64,000 bases of DNA, taken from Octopus vulgaris (lineage: Eukaryota). The DNA is taken from the NCBI GenBank assembly GCA_951406725.2, contig OX597819.1:22568001-22632000 (forward strand), in the 5' to 3' direction. The translations under genes and the position numbers were made by a program. The stretch's first letter is position 1. Every line of letters begins with the position of its first letter. This document shows positions 54,242 to 64,000 of this stretch, piece after piece. The notes beneath the pieces are model-generated. The model was not told the origin of the DNA and did not search any database. It saw only the letters and a list, made by a program, of their open reading frames with translations.

Positions 54242-54300
54242 ATTCCACTGATGAGGCAAAGCATTTCTAAATGCAAAGCCAGAAATCCGGGATCAGGAAT
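54242..54300 (+). ncRNA. Minimal type I hammerhead ribozyme in a TA-flanked insert
   Basis: attcca-CUGAUGA-ggc-aaa-gcattt/ct/aaatgc-aaa-gcc-a-GAAA-tcc-g-gg-AUC-aggaat. Confidence 0.7.
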
Positions 54301-54530
54301 TATCCAGTAATTTTTTACTAGATAAGTTTGTCTTTGTGTCTTCTCTCCTTGTGCTATTAGAACACTTAAGGTGGTTTTAGAGTGAGATCCTGGCTGTTAT
54401 TTTCAGCCTGGCGGTATCTTGTATATACTCTAAGTTATAATTTTAATAATAATTATTTCCTTTGAAGGTTTTTATTTCCATGCCGGCCACATGATAAGAT
54501 AGTCATTTAATTTTAAATTAACGATCTTAT

Positions 54531-54569
<39 letters not shown>

Positions 54570-56262
54570 CAGACATACATATATACGCATATATACGTAC
54601 GAAAATGTAAGTATGTGCTAGTATGTTAGTGTGTAGATATTGATATACGATTGCTAGATTGTGCAATCAGTATTAAATAAAATACACCGTACTTTCACGT
54701 TAAAATAGAGGACTGTACTTAACGGGTATATACACATACATACATACATACACACATATTGGTATACGAATGCTAGTAATATCTGTTCATATATATATAT
54801 ATATATACATATATACATATATATATATACTGATGTATAATAGCAAGAAAGAGTAAGTCAAAAGTCAATATTTGTAGCATGGATATAACACTGATTTCCA
54901 TACCCCATAATACTTTATTCAAATTTATTCTGTTTATAGTATGCAGATTAAAGAGATTAAAGAATACTAAACATGAAATTTTCGTTTAGCATTCAATTCG
55001 ATCCTTATAGACCATATAGTCATCATCCGCAAAATTATGATCTACTCTGCAAACTGTAACAGAAAATATAATTTGTTAGTAGAAAATTGCGTCACATTTT
55101 TGCTTCATTTTGGAAAAAAATACAAACTCTTATAAGATGCTTAGAATTTTCTGAACATTAGTAGTATGCCTGGAATAAAATGTATAGTTGAAATATCGAA
55201 AGCAATATTATCATTAAAATTCGACAATATATTTACAAAAGTTGGTACTTCTTCGTGCTTACACCTATCCACGCATCAACACACACGCACATAAACACAC
55301 ACACACACGCGTTTACATACATTGATGCACATATATAATTACAAGCATATAAATGTAAGTGTATAGAAACAAAAACTGAAAATATTCGGAAGATGTGCAC
55401 TCATGTAAACGTATACAGATATATACAAAGATTGGTAAAGAGAAGTTCAGTATGTTGTACTTGAAATATTTCTAGCATACTGATGCGAACTGCTGATTGC
55501 CGATCTTTCCTCCTTGACGAAGGTGGGCGGCGTTAGGGTAATGTTTATATCCATCCACTAATGCTTTCATAACCTTGAATTTTTGCACAATCTATCTGCC
55601 AAGTTTAAATATTACAACTATTACATAAATCTGATACCCTCAAAACATATGTCGGACTTAAAATACCATGACTTCTACCCTTATCTTTCTGTGATTTGTA
55701 TTCTATGCAAATTTATTAATGTTGTGAATATATAATTATCTATATACGGATACGTGAGTATTCATCATCTGAATATTTTGAGTTTTTGGCTCACATAAAC
55801 ATACTTTGACATCAACAAAAGATGAAGAATAGAGATACGCCGAAGCAAATATGTCCAAAACCATTTCATTTGTAAGAATCGTTTATTTTACACACCACAC
55901 TCCAAACTATATTGGATACCTTAACATTTGAATCTTGCTACCACACACGCACACACACACACACACCATGAAATAAATGCAACATTTACATAAAAGCTAC
56001 ACTAAATTTCATGCTTAAATAGAACAATAATAATAAGTATACTATCTGATCATAATACTTTCCGGAGCCTGAAACTTATAGTAGCTCAAATGTCATTTCT
56101 GCGTTTATTTAAAAGATATTTATGTGCCACTGGATGGACTACATTTTACTACTACTACTATTACTAACATCATCACAATAACAGCCACCACCACCACCAC
56201 CACCATCACCGCTACCGCTGCAACTGTTATACCATATATATTACAAACATTTATTGGATAGA

Positions 56263-56617
56263 AAATTACTATTTGTAAATCTCACCACAAGAGATATTCA
56301 GCAACAGTACTTTGGAGTAAAGATTATTTGCCAACATAACATGGCAGTCCTGGTTTAGTACGAATATTGTTGTAATTTAGCTCCAGCTGGCTATACGGCA
56401 CGATCTGTGTCCTTATATTTTCGAACAAATGGATCTATCAACCCCACTCGGAAATCGCGATACACATATTGTTTTGAGCTGAGTGTGTGTGCTAGAATCC
56501 GTTCTTCGAAAGCATAAGGACACAGATTGTGTCGTATAGCCACCTGGGGCTAAATTACAGCAACATTCGTCCTAAACCAGTACTGCCATGTTATGTTGGC
56601 AAATAATCTTTACTCCA
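56263..56617. mobile_element. Foldback insertion (~125 bp arms) bounded by a 15 bp direct repeat
   Basis: Arms 56312-56436 and 56493-56617. catttattggataga occurs at 56248-56262 and 56616-56630. Absent from copy 1. Confidence 0.85.
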
Positions 56618-56825
56618 TTTATTGGATAGACGAAAAAATGAGGCAAAAGGGGAAGGGAATAAAATATTCGAAGCAACATACCTTGATCATACGTTACCGA
56701 ACCTTCTGTTACTTTACAGTAAAGTTTTACACAACGAAAGTTATAGGTACCAAATGCAAATTCGTCACTGCTCAAACATTGTCCGTCAGTGTCCTTGCAG
56801 ACTGAAAGTAATGTAATTGTATGTA

Positions 56826-56885
<60 letters not shown>

Positions 56886-57098
56886 CATCTAATGTAGGAT
56901 AAAAAATTTTCGAAAAAAATTCTATCAATGGTCAGCATATTAAAAAATACCATTAAAGGTTAAATTTATAAACACGTCTCGAGATGGGCTAGGGAATTTC
57001 TATTTTGGATATATTTGGGGTACTTAATTGTGCTCATGACTTAGTGTTTGCTTCTTCCATGGGTATAAGTAAGTATTTCACTTATTCCTTTGCCGCAT

Positions 57099-57159
57099 TT
57101 ATCACTGATGAAGAGAAGGTTCTTATGAACTAACTCTGAAATTGGGTTCGACATGGTAA
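57099..57159 (+). ncRNA. Degenerate hammerhead ribozyme
   Basis: ttatca-CUGAUGA-agag...ctct-GAAA-...-tggtaa, but U16.1 is replaced by C, so it is probably inactive. Confidence 0.4.
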
Positions 57160-59144
57160 TAACGGGATTTTTTAGCAATTTCTGTCGGCTTTCTTCGGGA
57201 CGCGTGCTTGTAGTGATAAATTACGTGGTTATTGACATTGTGTCGATTTTCGGAATATTTTGGCATTAAAAAAGTTTTCTTTTGCCCTTACTTATAAATT
57301 ATATATAAATATACTTTTGTGTTTGTGTATCATAGGTGCAGGCATGCCTGTGAGGTAAGGAGCTTGCTTCCCAACCACCTCGTACTGCATTCACTCCCAC
57401 TGCGTGGAAACCTTAGGCAAATTTCTTTTACTGTAGTGCTCGGCCCGCTCAAAGTCCTGTGAGTGGATTTGGTAGATGGAAACTGAAAGAAGCCTGTCGT
57501 ATATATACGTATATATAAATCTATGTGTGTGTGTGTTTGTTCTCCCAACCCCAACCGGTTTTTGTGTGTTTATAACCGATGTTGGTGATAGCAACAAGTG
57601 TTAGTGTACTTGCGTCCCCGTAAGTTAGCGTTTCGATAAAAGATACCGATAAAATATGTATCACGCTAAAAAATAAGTACTACAGTCGATTAACTCGACT
57701 AAAAATTTAAGACCGTGCTCTAGCATGGCCGCTGGCTAATGACTGAAACACGCAAATGATGAAACTTAAATGAATGAGAAAAGAACATGGAATTAGATAG
57801 TGGCCTTCACTAGCTTTCAGCTGTTACTGCAATGGCAAGCTGTGGCTTCACATTTCAGTGCTTGTGTGTCACAATATAACTTCAACAATGAACAGCGATT
57901 TTATTTGGGAAGGCAAGACTTCTGTGAATATATAAACGCTTAAACAAATGAAAGTGCACATCATTTTGAAGCTGAGATGAAGCTATAGAATGATACACAA
58001 ACACTTCATTATGAGTGAATTATATTTTATATGAGAAATAATTGCAAAATAATGTATTGATTTCATGATCCCTTGTCCTTTATTTAAGTTTCCATTACAT
58101 GCTCTAACTGACTAACGGTTTTCTGAAGCTTATCTATAATGAATTTTTACGCCAGATTATTAGTATCCCTATGCCTAATATATATATATATATTAGAAAT
58201 AGTACGGATGGTTGTCAACTTTGTTCTATGGAAACTTATGAAATTTTGAAATATCAGAGTAATACAAATCTGTTGAATAACCGTTTGGAGTTGGGAGCAT
58301 CTTGTATACATCGTACAACCCGAACGTTTAAATACTTTAAATAATAATTTTGTGAATATTCCTATACTTTTCAAATTGTAATTCTTTATAATCAAATAAG
58401 AAGGAGTATACCATACTGGCTTTTAATTTAACATTCATAGATGACTAAAAAATCTTCACTACAAACTTGAAATTGAATTTTTGTTTCTAAAATCAAACTG
58501 GCTTTAAAATTAATAAGGCTTTCCCCCAGTTAAATAGTATTATGCCTACTCGTAATAAGTGATAGTTTTTTTCTCCAAATTGCACTCTCTGAGAATGTGA
58601 TAGTGACCATATGACATTGACCTAGTTCTCTCATCAAATAGTAGTAATTGGAATTTAGTAGTGAGAATTGTTGTCTTCCACATGAATTCCTTTTTATGGA
58701 GTTCTGAATCCCCCTTTACCCCATTTCTACAATTAGAAAATCTTTATTGCTTACTTCTCACAACCTTACAGCAGTCTGGAACAATCAAATCTTAGTCAGT
58801 CAGTGGAGGGACTCCAATACTTCATATGTTCTTAAAATTTAAATCCACATCTTTGTTTATATATCTACCTTCTCTATAATGTTGCCACTAGATTTGAAAA
58901 TTTTTGAATTAATGGAAAACCTCTATAATTGGCTGATGTGTACTCAGCATCTTAAATCTGTTGTAATACTTACAACATTTAATAAAATGATGTAGTACGA
59001 AACGATCGTACCAAATTAACGGAGTCATTCTTGTTGCTTATTTTGATTATAATCACCCCACGGATTTTTATGGATAACACCATACAAAATTCTGGTGCAT
59101 TTAAATTAAGTACCATATTCCTTTGAATCTAAATTTTTGCTGAA

Positions 59145-59200
<56 letters not shown>

Positions 59201-59204
59201 CATG

Positions 59205-59267
<63 letters not shown>

Positions 59268-59268
<1 letters not shown>

Positions 59269-59753
59269 ATAATAATAAATATTAGGGAATAAATCCAAAT
59301 TTACAGGGAAAAATCAGATTTAGGATTGAATCCAATTTTATAGTAAAATATTATATAATATTAATTAGAGACAAAACCACTATTTTGCAAATCAAACAAG
59401 GAAAGACTTAATCAATACATAAAAAAAAATTAATATAAAGTAAATAAATCGCCACTACAATTGTTTCCTGTCTTCAAATGACATTCATCAGGTGGATTTC
59501 ATATCTAAAAATATCAATATTTTAAAAAATAAATTTAAAATGGCTAATACTATAATATTATAGTATTAGCCATTTTAAATTTATTTTTAAAAATATTGAT
59601 ATTTTTAGATATGAAATCCACCTGATGAATGTCATTTGAAGACAGGAAACAATTGTAGTGGCGATTTATTTACTTTATATTAAAATGTTTTTTTATGTAT
59701 TAAGTCTTTCCTTGTTTGATTTGCAAAATAGTGGTTTTGTCTCTAATTAATAT

Positions 59754-59760
<7 letters not shown>
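59268..59760. mobile_element. TA-inserted element containing a ~400 bp zero-spacer palindrome
   Basis: Axis between 59556 and 59557. A related diverged piece lies at ~5590-5880. Confidence 0.92.
59618..59661 (+). ncRNA. Minimal type I hammerhead ribozyme (mirror copy 59452-59495, minus)
   Basis: ccac-CUGAUGA-a-tgtc/atttgaa/gaca-g-GAAA-c-aatt-GUA-gtgg. Confidence 0.85.
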
Positions 59761-59818
<58 letters not shown>

Positions 59819-59824
<6 letters not shown>

Positions 59825-60320
59825 GTTATCGCCATACTAATATGGCATTCTTATAAAAATAAGAAAAAAGCTGTCCGCTTATTAGCTCCATGAGGCCATC
59901 GCCTTAAGTTAGCTATTTGATACACAAACTGTATCCATATAACCTTCGAACAAGGGAGGTCAGTCGCTCCACACTACTTGACCGGCAGCTACAGACGCGT
60001 TTCGGGGTATTGCCCCTTTTCAATGCAGCGACACCTACTGGCTGGCTACGCTGCATTGAAAAGGGGCAATACCCCGAAACGCGTCTGTAGCTGCCGGTCA
60101 AGTAGTGTGGCGCGACTGACCTCCCTTGTTCGAAGGTTATATGGATACAGTTTGTGTATCAAATAGCTAACTTAAGGCGATGGCCTCATGGAGCTAATAA
60201 GCGGACAGCTTTTTTCTTATTTTTATAAGAATGCCATATTAGTATGGCGATAACTATTATTTTCCGGGAATGCTGCCGCTGTTCTCTTTTAGAGAGACTT
60301 AGTTATTTTAATATTTCTAT
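59819..60320. mobile_element. TA-inserted foldback element, ~212 bp arms, 18 bp spacer
   Basis: 59819-60030 and 60049-60260 are near-perfect reverse complements. Confidence 0.93.
60050..60091 (+). ncRNA. Minimal type I hammerhead ribozyme, U3:A8 core (mirror copy 59988-60029, minus)
   Basis: gctgca-UUGAAAA-gggg/caata/cccc-GAAA-c-gc-GUC-tgtagc. Confidence 0.82.
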
Positions 60321-60591
60321 TATATATATATAAATATATATGTATAGAGAGAGAGAGTGGTTGTATACTGTCAACTTAACGTGACAGTAGGGGATTACAC
60401 CACTGCTGTTTAGCCCTAGTGAGCATCGACGCTTCCTGTCGGCTTCGACACATTTCCTGTGTCCTTATATATTTACGAAGGGGAGACAAATACCCCCAAC
60501 AGCTAGGCCTACATCTAGAGACACGCATGTTTCAGGGTCTTTGCCCATCATAGGTCTAGATTAGCAGAGGCCTGTCAGCTGAAGATGAAAT

Positions 60592-62260
60592 CTTTATTAT
60601 AGGCACGATGGCCCGAATTAAGAGGGGACATTACAAAACAGGACATGGGGTACATATAATAAAAAAAATCGAAAAGTATGGTATGATAATGAATTATTTA
60701 TAATGGGTTAATGGAATGTCTTACGAGTTCCCCAAGCTCGCAGTTTCATTTAAAATACAATTTTGTTATACTGGGTATTCATCTGTAATGTGATCGAGTA
60801 ACCTCACCTGGTCTACATTAGCTGGCAAACTGTCATAACGGATATATTGCATTACGCATACAGCTGAAAACACACTTTTCAATTTCATCATTGTCTCTTT
60901 TTCCACAATCGCCGCCTTCACCTGATCATCAAATATTTTGGGTTTTAACTTTACTCTGATTAAACTTTTCTTATTTGCTAGCTTCTTTTCAATTTCTTTG
61001 TCCTTCACGTACAATATTACCACTTTGAGATTTTTTCCCTTGGGTTTTCCTCCTTCCTATATATACTTTTAACTGCTCTTCCACTCTTCTGTCCCATTCT
61101 TCCCCTGCCTTTAAATTTGCCGGTTCTCTCGCTTTCGCTTCTGCATCCTTCTCTTCGTACGTTCGATCCTCCATCTCGTCGGTAGTCTTCTTTTTCGCTT
61201 TATTCTTTATTTGTACTTTAGGTTGTGATTCCACCCACGTTCTCTTTCTATCTTCTTTTCCTTCTGTGCTTTCCTTTTCTTCCTCCTTCACCAACTCGTC
61301 ACCACTTTCCACATTATCTGTATTCACAATTTCTTCTTCTACATCCGCCATTTGCAATTCCTCTGTCAGAGCCTCCAATGTTATCATCTCCTCTTGTACT
61401 TTTTTTTCGGACACACATCCTTCATGTGGCCTCTAATCTTACATGTGTAGCACACTTGGGGTCTCCCCTCTACCACGACTCAGTCGTGTCTCGTCGGGGA
61501 ACACCAACTCTTCTGGGATGTTATACATGTCTGGCATGGTTATGTGTACCAACGCTTGTACTGCATAACCCCACCACTTTACTTCCTTCGACCTTTCTAT
61601 CTTCAATATCTCGACATTCTCCTCGCAGTTAAATATTGTTGCTGCTATAATTCGCTCCATTTTCAACTCTGGTGAAATTTTGCTGATTCTCATTCTCACC
61701 GCTCGTCTTCCACAATAGTTAGGTAGTAATAGCCATTTTTCATTTTTCAATATTTTTGTAGCGTTCTTCTTTGCTTCAGCTTCGTTCTCAAAATGAACTA
61801 CCACCGTCACGTACTGTCTACCTCTATTATAGAAAGTAGCTTTTTCTTCAATCTCCTGCAAACACCTCTCAATTTCCTCCACCTCTGCCACTTCTATTTT
61901 CTTCGAAGCCACGTTCCACGTTCTATATGTCACGATACGCCTCTCTGCTTCTTTCACTTCATCCTCCGGCAGTGCGACTCTCAGGCAGTCACCCTCCTTC
62001 TTGAAACCGTTGAAGTACTCCTTCAGGCTCTCCTTCTCGACGACCACCTCCTCCAACTGCAGCTCGCTCGCAGCCAGACCCCTGCCCGCCGCTCCTGCAC
62101 AAGTGTGGGCCTGCATTTTCGAAAAAAAACTTCCACACTTCACCACGCTGCAACAGCTTCTACCAACGAACTCGAGCTCACAACCCCTACACACAACAAC
62201 CGCAACACAAATCAACCGTCTGTATATGGAAAAACAGAAAAAGGCCCAACACTACAGTCA
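60592..62260 (-). mobile_element. Tx1/L1-type element, ORF1 only
   Basis: ORF 61439-62215 is homologous to the other ORF1s (RGRQY.TV.V.F, LLLP.Y.GRRA). Frameshifted CCHC knuckle, acidic tail, ends in AATAAAG. Confidence 0.8.
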
Positions 62261-62329
62261 GCAGAAAATAAAGAGAGACCTAAAATCCATGTTAAGCCTA
62301 TAGAGAGAAGGGCTCACCGACAAAGAATA

Positions 62330-64000
62330 TGACTATATGACCAATTTCAAAAGGTAAACCAGTCAATTCTAAGGTATTTCCAACGTACACAAAAGTAACG
62401 CATGCAGGATAGTCACAGACATAATAATCAAAGTCCCTACTCCTAATGACCTTAAATTGAGCTATAATAGCAGGTCTCGCATGCGAAACCCACCGCCTCA
62501 GTAACTTTTTAAATACCCTCTTAAAACCATTCCTGAAGCATGTCAAAAGCTATATAAGGGACGACCTGGATGTGCTCAATCACCTTCCTGAAACAATAAA
62601 CAAAAACACCCTTCTACGCCAACGAACTCCCACATCACTTCAAAAAAGAATCGTGGACTGCGATGGGTAAGAGAATGGACTCCTCCTTTTCTAACTTAGT
62701 CATGGGATATCTAGAAATTAATCTTTATCGTAAGGTTTTAGAAATATACGGCAGCCTATTTTACCTCTACATAGAAAATAACTGGAAGAGATACCTGGAT
62801 GACTGTTTCATTATTTGGCATGAAACTATAGAGAGACTTAAAGAATTCCAAGCACTTTAAATGGACTTGACGTAAACATTCAATTCACGATGAAATACAG
62901 CCATCAACAACTTTTTTTCCTCGACATCCTCATTAAGAAATCTAGAAACGTAATAGGAACAGATGTATACTATAAGCCCACGGACTCCAAGCAATATCTA
63001 CCGTTCAAGTCATGCCATCCAAGACACACCAGAATGAATATCCCCTTCAACCTAGCAAAAAGGATATGTACTATAGTTTCTAATGCAAACACCAGAGATA
63101 TACGACAACATGAACTAAAGGATACACTCATCACTAGCAACTACCCACCTTCACTAATTGACATATGCTTTCAACGTGCCCTTCAACTCAAAATCCACGA
63201 ACTCAGACATCCCAAATTAAAGAATGATTTACAACCAAAAGCCCTACCATACATCTCCACACACAACCCTCTTAACAATGAAGCCTTCGACACCATCCTT
63301 CAAAACATTCCCCTGCTAAAAAAGGACCACAGAATGAACTGAATCCTCCAAACAGACATCATCATAAAAAGCCAGTGACAACCCAAATCTATGACAAGTC
63401 TTCTAACACAAGCCCGAACATGCTCAACAACAACACAGAAGCCGTCAGTAAAAAAATGCGGAAGACCCAACTGTGGGATATGCGTCAGCTTAATTGAAGG
63501 ATCAGAATTTTCTTTCAAACAGGGACAACGTTTAACAGTGAAAAGCAGCTTCACATATACTTCGGAGACCCTGATATACGCACTAACCTGCTCTGGGTGT
63601 CAAGAGCAATACATAGACCAAACAAAAAACAGTACGTGAAAGGATGGCTCTGCACAGATCCCAGATAAAAAATTTCCCAAAACAGAAAAATAGCATTCAG
63701 CCAACACATCGACATTTGCACCAATAACAAAAATCCAAGCTTCAGAATTTTTCCCCTCTACCAATTCGGGGACAATATAACCTGGAGCCAACGAATTAGT
63801 AAAGAGACTCTCTTTATTTCAAAATACAGACCCCATTTGAACGCGTCTACAACAAAAGACATAACCACTACGGCCCTAGAATAACACAAACACACACGCT
63901 AAAAATGATACGCTAAAGAGATTCCCAAGAATTCATTAAGAAACAGTCCAAATCACTGCTATAATCAATAACAATTTTAGGTCACTTGAACATTTAACAT
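62330..64000 (+). mobile_element. Penelope-like element, degenerate RT + GIY-YIG
   Basis: RYLDD, YKPTDSKQYL, CGRPNCGIC and LIYALTCSGC..YI.QT. Internal deletion and stop codons. Confidence 0.9.

Larger units (their letters stand above)
54720..58190 (+). repeat. Local segmental duplication, copy 2
   Basis: Collinear with 28630-37830 once the copy-specific insertions are removed. Confidence 0.92.

Noticed and set aside
58200-59140. Coding-looking AT-rich stretch, possibly a Helitron or other TE relic
   Set aside because: No motif could be recognised with confidence.
59913-60166. Two near-identical 62 aa ORFs on opposite strands
   Set aside because: A by-product of the palindrome. The conserved signal is RNA structure, not protein.

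Overview
This is a repeat-dense, AT-rich eukaryotic window. The SINE families, the (TA)n/(TATG)n/(AAT)n load and the LINE repertoire look like a cephalopod, probably Octopus; that assignment is an inference. Most ORF-track entries are microsatellite artefacts. Supported content: (1) R4/Dong-type RLE retrotransposons in (TAA)n tracts, one nearly intact; (2) Penelope-like elements and many short derivatives in (TA)n that carry minimal type I hammerhead ribozymes, several arranged as long palindromes and three unrelated families with a compensatory U3:A8 core; (3) Tx1/L1-type elements, mostly ORF1-only, that appear to insert at one fixed site in a tRNA-derived SINE and form a head-to-tail array; (4) a 5S rRNA copy and a U6 snRNA copy, each joined to the 5' end of that same SINE family; (5) mariner/Tc1 relics and foldback MITEs; (6) a local duplication (~28.6-37.8 kb vs ~54.7-58.2 kb) that exposes empty insertion sites; (7) two convergent, apparently paralogous spliced genes for small Cys-rich proteins that the ORF track does not assemble. 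All calls were made by eye; no database searches or folding programs were run.
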